This document shows, piece after piece, positions 48,510 to 60,943 of a stretch of 64,000 nucleotides of DNA. The translations under genes and the position numbers were made by a program. Within the stretch, counting starts at the first letter, position 1, and each line of letters starts with the position of its first letter. Below the pieces are notes generated by a model that saw only the letters and a list, made by a program, of their open reading frames with translations, was not told the DNA's origin and searched no databases. The DNA is from Chiloscyllium plagiosum (Eukaryota), in NCBI RefSeq assembly GCF_004010195.1, contig NC_057756.1, positions 6,742,304 through 6,806,303 of the forward strand, read 5' to 3'.

Positions 48510-51500
48510 AATATCGTATTTAAGGATGATGCATTGGATGCGGACAATGGTGGGTGGTAGATGAGGACAAGGGGCACTCTATCTTTATTGCATTTGGTTA
48601 TGGGGTTCTTAGAGCATTGGGACGGGGATTTGGAGATGGTGTGGTAGAGGGTTTTCTGCACGACGGATGGGGGGAGCATGTTCGAAATGTGTGAACACCT
48701 GGGATGCTTGGAAGTAGATTGATGGGTGTACTTGGGGCACTGTGGACGGGTTTGACCTCCTTCTCAAGGAGTGATCTTCTTGGCAAAGACATAAGCAATA
48801 TACCATGGAAACAGCATGAAGAAACTGAGTGTCTAATTTGTAGAGCTGTGAGAGAAGGAGAAGTGATTGTGTTGATACTTGAGAATGAGCGACGATCAAT
48901 TATTTCCAAAAGAGACGTTAAATGAATGAGAACGTCTATACTTTTACCCAGGATTGATTAATTTGATTTATTGGCACGCGTACTTAAGTACAGTGAAAAG
49001 CTGTTTTTTTGTGACCATTGCAGGCAGAGCATTGTAAACAAGGACGTACAAATCATAGGGTGAAAAAGAACTTGGACAGAGTAAAGCATACAGGTTACAC
49101 TGCACAGCAGGTGCACGAAACAAGATCAACATGAATAAAATCAGCATTATTTGAAGGCAGGGGTTCTTTAATCAATCTCATACGACATTAACAGTACCTT
49201 CTGTTCCTCTGCAGAACCCCTGGTCGATTGAGAGAGAGCTCCATGCTCTGAATGAACGTTCCCCACACTAATGTGCAGTCGTAGAAGACCCTGACTTAAC
49301 ATCATGTCGTTCACAAAGCCCTACTGCAGCCACAATATCTTCCTTCTGAAACAGTTAGCAATTCAATAGTCTTTAGATTCTGGAAATTGTGGTTCATACA
49401 GACTGGATTGCACCATTGTAACACTGAATATTTATACCGGAGTGGGAGGGAAAGCAGAAAAAGATAAGAAAATACTGGACAACTTGGTATCAGTTACGAG
49501 GAAAAATGTAGATTATATTAAAAAGGGATGTGATAACTAGATACTTGCAGAATCATGATATGACTTGGCTGAATCATCTTAGATTCAGCAAAGCAAAATA
49601 ATCTTTGACAAAACGGTGGAATTTGTGTTAGGTGAGGAGTCGACAAATCTGAAGCAGTGGGAGCGTTGGATTTGAAATTTGAAGTGGTTTTGATAGAGTT
49701 GCTGACAGGTGAGCGACCGTCCATGGATAACAGGAGCGTTTACTACATGGTTTGAGAATTAGTTAGTGGAGACAATACAGAAAATATCAACGTTTTCTGG
49801 ACTGAAGGCTGTTAATCATGGGGTTTCACATGTATAAGTGTTTGGATCGCAGCAAATTGTAAGGCAGACAAATGATTTGGAAGACGGAGACAAACATCAC
49901 TGTGTATTGATTAAATGGTGCGGGGTTGGGAACTGCTGCTGTCCAAAAGGACCGGAATGACCTCGATCATGAGTCACCAAAGTAATACGTACTCAGGTGT
50001 AAGCGATGGCGGCATTAAGTGACATGTTACCCTTCATTGCAAGATATTTCAAGAACATAAATAAAGTCAAATTCCTAAAGCTAAAGAGCTTAGCAGAGAA
50101 AGGATTTGGTTACAGACATATATACATATGAAAACTGTAGATACTGGGATCCAAGGTCGGCAAGCAGGAGGATGGAAGAAAACAGTAAGCCAGGCTGCAT
50201 CATGAGCCGAAGACGTCGATGTTTAGGGTGTGACCCTTCTTTAGGACTGGGCATGGGTGTAAGGGGAGCTGCAGATAAAGGAGTTTGCGGGACCGGAGGG
50301 GGTGGTGGTGGTGGTGAAGTGGGGTCAGGTGAACACAGGTAGATGGTACGACCTGATTCGACAAGGGGAGGAATGAATCCGGTAGGTGGCTGGCAGGTGT
50401 GGAAGGGAAGGGGAGGGGCTGGGAAAGGAATTGAAATTATTTGAAGTTGGAGAACTCATTGCTTAGTCCTCCGAGCTGTTGGCTGCCCAAGCGGAATTGA
50501 AGTGTTTTTCCTACACTTTATGGTTTGATTCATTGTGTCAATGGAGAAGATCAAATATAGTCATATTGAAAGGGAGTGGAAAGGGAATTAAAAATTGGCG
50601 GTGACTGGGAGGTACGATCGGCCCTTGCAGGTCCGTCTGAGTTGCTGGGTGAACCGTTTCCTCAGTTCAGGTTTGATCTCCTCGATGTTGAGAACAACCA
50701 ATCGGCAGCGCTGGATAGTGTAAATTGGGTTGGAAGAGAGGCAGGTGAACCTCTGTTTCACTTGGAACGACTGTTTGGGGCCCTGGACTGTGGTGTAGGG
50801 GGATGGTGTACAGGCAGGTTTTGACATATTTCTGGTTGCTGTGCAAGGTACCCTGGTGTTTCAAGGGTGTTGTTGGCAGAGTGGCGCAAATCAAGGACTG
50901 TCTAAGGGAACTGTTCTTGTGTAAGGGAGAGAGAGGTGGGGAGGGAAAGATACTCTCGGTTGTGGAGTCCAGTTGGGCAGGTGAGAAGTGTTTAAGGCTG
51001 TTAAATACTTGGATGCAAACATTTGTGAGGTGGTAGGTGATGACAAAGGGTGCTCTATCTTTATTGCGTTTGTTTGGAGAGTGCTTTCGAGCAGTAGAAG
51101 GGGCAATGAGATCATGTGTTGGAGCGATTTCTGAACGACAGCGGGCGGAACATGTTTCTTCAAAACATGTTGTCATCTGGGATGTTTGGGAGTAGATTGA
51201 GAGAGTATTTGGGGCACTATGTACAGATTTGATTTCCGTTGTAAGGAGTGATCTTGCAACAGGCACAGACGATGTACCATGGAGAGAGTTTGTAGAAACT
51301 GAGTGTTTAATGTGTAGAGCTATGAGAGAAGAAGAAATGATTGCATTGAACCTTGAAAACTGGCGATGATCAATTATTTCCAAAATACTCGTTAAATGTG
51401 TGAAACATTCTATACTTTATCCAGGCTTGATTGATTTGATTTATTCGCACGTGTATTTAAGTGCAGTGACAAGCCTTGTTTGTGAGCAGTACAGGCAGAT

Positions 51501-51835
51501 CATAGTAAACAAGGACGTACAAATCATAGGGTGAAAAAGAAGTTGGACAGAGTAACGCATACAGGTTACACATCACAGCTAACGAACTAAACATGGTCAA
51601 CATGAACAAGATCAGCATTATTTGAAGTTAGAGAGTACGTTAATCCATCTCATACAGCATTCACAATAGCTTATGTGCCTCTGCAGAACCCCAGTTGGAT
51701 TGAGAGGGAGCTCCAGGCTCTGAATGAACGCTTGTCACATTAATGTGCAGTCGGTGTGAGACTCTGCACTGATCCTCATGTCATTCACAATCCCCGCATG
51801 CAGCCACAATACCTTCCTTCTGAAACAGTTAACCA
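48510..51835. repeat. Old direct duplication (~48510-49357 vs ~50995-51831) containing decayed PLE sequence
   Basis: Offset ~2470 bp; identical 37-mer gtaaacaaggacgtacaaatcatagggtgaaaaagaa at 49034-49070 and 51505-51541. Confidence 0.85.
50130..51250 (-). mobile_element. Decayed PLE (RT thumb, GIY-YIG, terminal repeat)
   Basis: NKDRAPFVITYH, IFPSPPL, QGPKQSFQVKQRFTCLSSNPIYTI. Confidence 0.75.
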
Positions 51836-52029
51836 TTCCTACCAGCTTCCCACCAGGGTGTCTTCTCAGAGATGGAAGATGCCTCCTTGAGATTGCACAA
51901 TTTTGTTTCTGTCCTTTGTGTGAGAAAACTACATTAAAGTCCCACATGTGTAACATGTGCTATGGAGCCACGAGCAACAACGTGGAGCAGTTATGTGCAC
52001 TTTAACAGCGCAAGCTTGCATATTGCCCA

Positions 52030-52380
52030 AGTCTTACTGTAGGTAAACACAGAATGCCACAGGAGCGAAAGGCGATGCATTGTTCTGAATGTTATGTGAT
52101 CTTCAGTGACCATCCCCACTTCTGATCTTATACTAGAAAAAAGATATTGATGAAGCAGCTGAAGATGTTTGCACTAAGGTCTCTTGTCTAAGGATCTCCA
52201 GACAGAGATGTCCCGGTACTGAGGTGATGGACATCGAACAACCACAGACATCTTCGTTTGTGCTATGATTGACTTCATAATAAGGAGTTAAACTGATTTG
52301 CATTCAGTCTAATTTTGTTTAGCTCTTTGATGTCATCCTCAGTCAACCATTGCAATGGTATAATTACCAGTCACTCTTTC
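52030..52380 (-). mobile_element. Decayed non-LTR RT remnant, family uncertain (related-looking pieces at ~36935-37090 + and ~60250-60480 -)
   Basis: tgatgaagcagctgaagatg = IFSCFIN on the minus strand; the other pieces resemble the linker preceding KAxGPD. Confidence 0.45.
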
Positions 52381-52599
52381 CTGAACCTGTGCGTCACCAC
52401 TTTTGTTCATATCAACAGATCATGGTGTAGGCCCAGGGAATGTTTTCTGTAAGCAGAGATTACTGAATGTCAGAAATTCGCTATTACAGAGTGTTGAGGG
52501 AGCAAGGTCACTAAAAGTATTCTATAGCTGGATGAGACAAACTAAATGCAGCATTCGAAATGTGGCCTCATCAACAACTTATGCAGCCACATCATGGCA

Positions 52600-53380
52600 T
52601 CCTAACTCCTATATGCAATGTACTGACGAATGAAGGCAAGCGGGACAAATGTCACCTTCAGTATGCTCTCTACATGTAACTCGACTTTCATGGATCCGTG
52701 AACCTGCACCTGTTCTCTTTTTTCAACAACACTCCCTGGCTTCCCAGCATTAATTGTAAACGTCCGGCGCTGCATAACATTGCCAAAATGTAACACCTCG
52801 CACTTAACTAAACATACCTCCATCTGCCACTCCTTTTCACATTGACCCATCTGATTAAGGTTCCGTTGAATTCTGAAATAATCATCTTCCCTCTCCACCG
52901 CACCACCTGTTTTTATGTTTTCTGGAAGCATAATAACCGTGGACGTATTCACATTCAAATCATTTATATAAATGATTAAAAACAGCAGATTAATCACTGA
53001 TCCTTGCGAGATACTGCTGTTCATATGCTACGAGTTTGAAAATCAATCTTTTACCCCACAATCTGTGTCCTTCCTTCAATCCAATTTTGTCGTCACTTGA
53101 TTAGCTAATCCTAGATATGTTTGTGATCGAAGCCTACTAACCAGTGTACGATGCTAAACTTTATCATACACCTTGCTGATGTTCATGTAGACAAAGTCTA
53201 CTGAACTACCTTCATCAATCCTCTTTGTCACCTCTTCAAAAAACACAATCCTGTTAGCATGGCACGATTTCCTACGCACAAAGCTATGTTGACTATCCGT
53301 AAATAGGCATGGCCCCCTCCAAACCCCTCCAACATCGTACTGAATAGCTCACAGGTCAATAGTTGCCTTGATTTTCGGAT
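52600..53380 (-). mobile_element. Decayed CR1 ORF2
   Basis: QGSVINLLFLIIYINDL, KCEVLHFG. Confidence 0.8.
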
Positions 53381-55454
53381 CACTGTTTTCTTTTCTAGTC
53401 ACACTGCTACACTACAACAAATGTAAGTAGGTTGATGATATAGCCAACGATACAGTTCTTAGACTGGGTAAGGGCCAGTGTTAACAAGTCAGGTTTGTTT
53501 CTTTAATCTACTAAAACAACAGACCTATGAGCAAAACAGAATAACCCAAACAATGATGCAGTTTGGATATTGGATGTACGTGCATAATATTGCAACAAAA
53601 ACGCACACAGACAGACACAAACACACACACATACACACACACACTCACAGTTAAATCAGGAATGCTTCATGAGTAGTGAAGATGACTGAGGAGTTTTCAG
53701 CTCGCACGTGTTACTGGAAGGAAGTACGGAGGGTGAGTGAGCAATAGGTTGTTCCTTCTCAGGAAGGTTACCTTTTAAATCTCTCTGAGTTGAATCACAC
53801 AATAATGTTATCCGGCCCCAAATTGTACCAAGTGAGTTCTCCTTGTACATTGATGGATTTTATGACTTAATCACATTCCCTTCACCATGTGGGTGCATCG
53901 TTGCTGTTGTCATAAACAGAGCCGTTTCCATAGCAACAAATGGCCCCAATGGTTTTTAATATGCCGACATAATTTAAAAATAAGACTTTAATGTTTTCAC
54001 AATATCTGGACTATAATGGATGCGTCTTACTCTTTTGTTACTTCTCCACATTTGTTCTCCCATATAGAGGAAATATCCATCAGATATTGACCTGCTACAC
54101 TCTCCTCGAAATTTCAATAAGAGCATCTCTCATTCTCAGGTCTAAACTCTTAATCCTTCATGACTTTGTCCCACGGACGAGTAAAAATAAGAGCTTTGCA
54201 AAGGTTCGAAAGCAGTTGTGTTTTATTTTCCAGTTTAGGGAATTATGACTACACGCAATACATCAGCTGTGTGCTCAGTAATGCTCTGTATGGATGCATA
54301 ATGCACCATGCTTAAGATTATACCTGACACCCGTTGCATTAAACATCATTGTTCCATTTACCTCCCAAAACACTTGTTGCATTCGCAGACTAACTTGATC
54401 TGATTACTGCTCAGGATACACAAACCCCTTTGCATTTTCTCTCAATTTTAAGAAATTATGATTGTTTTCTCCAATCCCCAAACAAACTTCCAATGCCCAA
54501 AAGTTTCTTTTTCGCTGAAGTTTTGCTCACTTCCCTCCCCTGTATGTACCCCAATGCAGAGTCTCTGCCTCAACTTGACATGTTATTGAATGACTATCCT
54601 GGTGTATCAGCAAATTCAGCTCCAATCTAATAGGTCACGTTATCCAAATCATTAATCTAGAGTGCAAATGTTGGGCAACTCACACTAATTCCTGATGAAT
54701 TCCACTAGTAACAGTTTTCCAACCTGAAAATAAGTAATTATCTCTACGCTGTATTTCGTGATAGCTGATCAGGGCTCCCCGTTCCTCTAACTCTGTGCTG
54801 CGTAGTATACTCAAAGAACTGAATACTTCATTTTATGACTGTGCAACTACTCAGAGGGGCAGAATGGTCTTTCCCATTTTAGTGAAATTCTACTGATTGG
54901 CTGAATGGGATCTTCCTCTATCTCTGTGACAACATTAAAAGGTTGAGTGAGAGAGCAACACCTGGGACAGGAGCTGCAGTTGGCGATTTGGCCCCTCGAG
55001 CCTTCTGCACAACTTGGAAAGATCATGACTGCTATGTTTGGAGCTGAAAAGTCCTGTCCTATCTGTTTCCAATAAACACTGATGCATGTGTCCATCAATG
55101 AGCAGCGAGCTCTGCCTTGGATATTTTTAATTGAATGGCTTGCACATTGTTTAATGGTTAACACTGCTGGCTCACAACGCCAGGGACCTGTAAAAAAAGT
55201 CAGCAGCTCTCACAGCATCTGTGAAGAAAAATCAGGGTTAACGTTTCGCGTCTGGACATTTTTTCCTCTGAAATTTTTCAGTACACTTGTTCCACTTACC
55301 CCAAAAGATTGATATTGTGCTGACGGATCAGCACTGGACAATTTGTCACTCCACAGGTTCCGTTCTGTCAAACTGATTTACACTGATTTATCCAGAGCGT
55401 CTGCTTGCTGTTTGATTACCAATCCTCCCACATTCCTGTGCATCATATTCCAAG

Positions 55455-56740
55455 GGTTGAAGAAGAACGAGGAGCATCAGTCGGCCATTCAGCCCCTCAA
55501 TCCGCCTCTGTGATTTACTATAATCATGGCTGATGTCAACTCGCCCTCAGTTCCACTTTCCTGATCAGTCCCCATATACCTTCATCTCTTCAATGTCCCA
55601 GCATCCATGGTAATCTGGGGCTGTGAATTACACAGACAGAAGTAAATTCTCTTTACCCCCTCTTTTTAAAAAAATCTGTTCCACCTTATCCGAAAACTAA
55701 GATATCTTGTTCTAGTTTGCCGCAAATGAGGAAATATCCACTCCACATGTACGTCGTCAACCACTTTTAGGATCTTATAGACCTCAATGAGATCTCCTCT
55801 CATTCTTCTAAACTCCAGAGAGTATGGACTTGAACTGCTAAATCTGCCTTCATATGACAAACTCGTCACTCTGGACGCAGTCCAGTGAACCTCTTCTGAA
55901 CTGCCTCTGACGCAATTCCATTCCTCTTGCAATGAGGACACTAAAACTGTAATTTGCACTGAGTTTGCGCTCTGGCTCATACCTTGAATAGTTGCAACAG
56001 TTTTATATCCTGTTCTTTTGCATATAAATGTTAAAATTGCACTTTGCCTATCTAATTACCTGCGGTGCCTGCCTGAGAGTTTGATGTGACATGCACGAGA
56101 ATGCCCAGAACCCTCTGCATATATGTACTCTGAAATGTTGCCCACTTCCATCTCAATTTGCCTTTGTATTCCTCGGAACAAAGTGGATAACCCCATAATT
56201 ACCTACGTTAAATTTTAACTGTCAAATACTGTCCTCCTCATCGAAACTATTCATGTTTACTTGTCAACTTGTTTTCGATCTTCAGTGCATCAACCTATTA
56301 TTCCTCCTACTCTAGTTTGATCTGAAAATGTGGCAGTCTGTCTTCTAAAACCTCACCTACGTGAAACAACACATGGAAGGTACATGAGGTGCAAAAGGAG
56401 ACTGATAAAGTCAATGTGGAGCAGATATTTTCCCTTGTGAGTCGATCTTGGTTATCAGTTCAAGGGAAAGTGGCAGCAAATGTAAAACAGAGATCAGGAG
56501 GATTTACTTCTGTCAAACGGGTTGTGATTCTGTGGCATTCAATACCCCAGAATGCAATGAATGCTGGTACACTGAATAAATTTAAGGAGGAGACAGACAC
56601 ATTTTTAATTAGTAACAGGTTAAAGGGCTTTGGAGACCAGGCAGGAAAGTGGTGTTGTGGTTGAGATGAGAACAGCCACAATCGTATTGTATGGTGGAAG
56701 AGGCTTGAGGGGCTGAATGGACTGCTCCTATTCCTATATT
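55455..56740. mobile_element. Two decayed CR1 3' fragments (55455-56350 -, 56390-56740 +)
   Basis: YSLEFRRMRGDLIEVYKI; RVVILWHSIPQ; tails with ttgaggggctgaatgg. Confidence 0.8.
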
Positions 56741-57339
56741 TTGGCCTTGTGGACATTGAATAATACAGAAGAGAAATGGGATGTGGAACTGGACTGGATG
56801 GGGTTTCGATTGAGGGTTATGAGGAGAAGGTCAGGATCTTCCAACCCTGGGTGCATTCCGCTGGTCATTGTATTGACCAATCAGAATCGACTGGCTTGCT
56901 TCAAATTTAAACAAAAGCTTTTCAGTTAACTGCTCTCTGGTGAATCCTCCAGCACATCGCCATGACCAATCAGTGCATTTGTCACTAGCGCCCTCTCTAC
57001 ATCTAGTCTAAATTTGTGTTCTCTTTGAGACTTGGCTTCCTTGTGCTTCTGTCCTGATGAGTACGAGACCAATATCTTTGAAAGCACATTTCTTTCCTCA
57101 GTAACGTATAGCTGAAGATTGATCGGATTTTGCTGCCTCAGTATGGGGATGCACATTCACAAAAACTGACTCAGATACCAGTTTGTCAATCATACCTTGC
57201 TCAATGACCCTGCTCATGGTCAAATACCAATTTCCAGATTCCGTTAGTTAGATTCACAGTTGGTGAGCAATAATTGTGGAAATTTCAGATTCATTTTGAA
57301 GTAATAGTCTCAATAAGTATTGAGCCCTTGATTCTGACA

Positions 57340-60110
57340 ACACAGTTTTGGTCCCCGCACTGACAGAAGGATGTGAATGTGTTAGACGTAGCTCAGTGAA
57401 GGCTTACTTGACTCATACCTAGAATGAGTGGTTCGCCTTATGAGGATAAGCAAGGTAGGCTGGGTCTGTATCCTCTGGAGTTTTGAGCCATAGAGTTGCA
57501 GACTCTTTGGTGCAACACATCCTTGCTGACCAGATATCCCATGCTCCTATAGTCCCATTTTCCAGCATTTGCCCCATCTCCCTAGCAATTCTTTATATTC
57601 ATGGACCCATCCAGATGCCACTTAAATGTTGAAATGTTACCCACCTACAACACTTCCTCTGGCTGCTTGTTCCATACCTGCACCACCTTCAGCATGAAAC
57701 AGTTACCCATGAGGTCCCTTTTATATCTTTCCTCTCTCACTTTAAACCTATTCCCTCTGGTTTGGACTCCCCTGCCCTGGTATAAAGATCTTGGCCACTC
57801 ACCCAATGCATGCCCCTCATGACCCCATGGACTTCTATAAGGTCAAACCCCTGCCTCCTACGCTCCAAGAGAAAAAGCCACAACCAATTCAGCCTCTCTC
57901 AATGGTCAGAAGTGAATCTTTTGAAACTGGGATCTTGATCAGATGGGCCGAAGAGTTGAGAGGTGCCAGATGGAGTTTAATTTAAATCAATGCGAGGTGC
58001 TGCATTTTGGGAAAGCAAATTTTAACAGGACTTTTACACTTAATGGTAAGTTCTTGGGGAGTGTTGCTAAACAAAGAGACCTTGGAGTGCAGGTTCATAG
58101 CTCCTTCAAAATGGAGTCACAGGTAAATAGGATAGTGAAGAAGTCATTTGGTATGCTTTCCTTCATTGGTCAGAGTATTGAGTCCAGAAGTTGGGATGTC
58201 ATGTTGTGGCTGTACAGGACATTGGTTTGGCCACTTTTGGAATATTGTGTGAAATTCTGGAAGGATATTGTGAAACTTGAAAGTGTTCAGAAAAGATTTA
58301 TAAGGATGTTGCCAGGGTTGGAAGACTTGAGCTACAGGGAGAAGTTGAATAGCCTGGGGCTGTTTTCCCTGGAGCATCAGAGGCTGAGGGGTGACCTTGT
58401 AGAGGTTTGTAAAATCATGAGGGGCATGGATAGGATAAATAGACAAAGTCTCTTCCCTGGGGTTGGGGAGCCCAGAACTAGAGGGCATCGGTTCAGAGTG
58501 AAATGGGAAAAATATAAAAGAGACGTCAGGTGCAGCGTTTTCACACAGAGGGTGGTATGTGTATGGAATGAGCTGCCAGAGGAAGTGGTGAAGGCTGGTA
58601 CAATTGCAACATTTAAAAGGCATTTGGATGGGTATATGAATAGGAAGGGTTTGGAGGGATATGGACCGGGTGCTGGCAGGTGGGACTAGATTGGGTTGGC
58701 ATATCTGGTCGGCATGGACAAGTCGGACCGAAAGGTCTGTACATCTGTATGAACCTATGACTCAATATAACGTCCTGAGGGGACCTGACAGGGTGCGTGT
58801 AGAAAGGATGTTTCCTCTTGTGGGAAAATCTATATCTCGGGGGTCACGGTTTGAAAATAAGTGAGCTCCTGTTTGAAACAGAGGCGGAAAAACATTTTTT
58901 CTCTCAGAGGGTGAGAAACTTTGGAATTCCCTTCCTCAACAGGCAGTGGATGCAGAATCTTTAAATATTTTTAAGGCAAAAGTAGATCGATTCTTAATGA
59001 CCAAAAGTGGGTGGGATTATTGGGGAAGGTGCAGGAATGTGGAGTTGATGTTAAAATCCGATCCGCTGTGATTTTCGTGGAAGGCAGAACAAATGTGAAG
59101 GGCCATGTGGCCAACATTTATTCCTTCTTTGGATGTTCTTCCTGATATGCGATTCTCTGTCTGGAATGTGTTGATCCGCAAATCAGCTCTTGAATATCTC
59201 AGAGCCTGAATGGTAAATTCTCTATTAATTATCTGACACAAACATCCTACTTGGAATTTTTCATTGGCAATACCAGTGTTTAATCACCCATTCCTAATTT
59301 GATGAAGCGCTGTTAAAAATCAACCACATTGTTGTGGGACTGTAAATGTGAGGTGTTGCATTTTGGTCAGGCTAATCAGTGCAGGACCTATGCACTTAAT
59401 GATAGGGCCCTGTGAGTGTTGCAGAAAGAGAGACCTTGGGGTACAAGTTCATAGTTCATTGAAGGTGGAGTCGCAGGTAGACAGAGTGGTGAAGAAGGCG
59501 TTTGGTACGCTTGTCTTGAAAGGTCAGTGCATTTAGTATAGGAGTTGTGATGTCATACTCTGACAGTACAGGACATTGCTTTGGCCATTTTTGTAATACT
59601 GCACATTAATCTAGTGTCCCTGCTTTCAGAGAGATGTCATTACACTTGAAAGGATGCAGAAAATACTCACAAGGATGTTGCCAGGGTTGGAGGCTTTGAG
59701 CTACAGGGAGAGTCTGAATGGGCTAGGGCTGCTTTCTTTGGAGCATCGGAGGCTGAGGGGTGACATTAAAGTTTATAAAATCATGTGGGACATGAACAGG
59801 GTGAAGAGTCAAGATCTTTTTCCCAGGTTAGGGGAGTCCAAAACTAGATGACAAAGCTTTAAGAGGGGAAAGATTTGAAAGGGACTCAAGGGGCAGCTTT
59901 ATCATGTGTGTGTAGAATGAGCTGCCAGAGCGGGTGTTGGAGGCTGGTGCAATTGCAGCATTTAAAAGGGTGGGTCCATGAATAGGAAGGGTTTCGGGAG
60001 ATATGGTCCAAATGCTGGGAAATGGGATTACATTAAATTAGGACATCTAGTCGGGATGGAAGAGTTGGAGCAAAGGATCTGTTTCCATGCTGTACAACTC
60101 CATGACTGTA
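57340..60110. mobile_element. Cluster of CR1 3' fragments (57340-57485 +, 57487-57900 -, 57930-58765 +, 58765-59140 +, 59343-60110 +)
   Basis: ORF 57943-58689 is the CR1 ORF2 C-terminus (CEVLHFG, QRDLGV, LEYCV, RGDLVEV, QRVVCVWNELP). Confidence 0.88.
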
Positions 60111-60943
60111 TGAATGGTGGTATGGTTCCAAGTCAGTGTGCTGAGTGTCTTGGAGTTGAGCTTATAGCTTATTGTATGCCAATTCTTTTGCTTCCCCTGA
60201 CTGTCTCGGTCATGGGTTGGGAAGATTTTTCCTCAGGACTCTTGCTTTAGTACTGCATTGCATCCTTGTCCCAGTGCTGTTGCAGGCATGTTAGATGGGT
60301 CCATGACCATTGCAACATCTTGTGCCTTCAGTCATTCCTTGGTGTCACATGGACTGAATTAAATTGGCTAATGGCTGATGTTCATGATGCTGGGAATCTC
60401 ATGGGGGAGACTGAGATGGATCACCCACTTGGCACTTCTAGCTGAAGGTGTTGCTGATGCTTCAGCCTCATCTTTTGGACCTGATGGATTGGGATCCTCT
60501 AGTCAGTGAGGTTGGAGGTGATTGACCTCCCCCAATTAATAATTTAATTGCCCACCACCAGTCACAATGGGATGTGGAATGACTGTGTAGGATTACTTAA
60601 CCCTGCCTATTGCGAGTTGATCTCCTACCGTTGAGCAACCCTGTGTTGTGACATTAGTAAATTAACTTCTTGTTTTGGGAATGTTTGGTGTTGTTCCATG
60701 GTAGCTGTCCTACACTCTCATTTGACCAGATTTGATAACACCAACAGAGTTAGTTCTTCTATCACGCAATGTTTCCATTAGTCATACTGCCAAGAAATGG
60801 TGGTTAGGAATGATTAGAGATTATGCACCAGCAATATACAAGTATAATGTTCGTATTAATATTGAATTCTCTCCACAGTTTCATGATCAGATCATCAAAA
60901 CTTGAAACAAACACAGTTAGCATTGCAGAAATTCAGGTCTGGC

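Noticed and set aside
57943..58689. Intact 248-aa gene
   Set aside because: CR1 ORF2 C-terminal fragment lacking EN and the RT core
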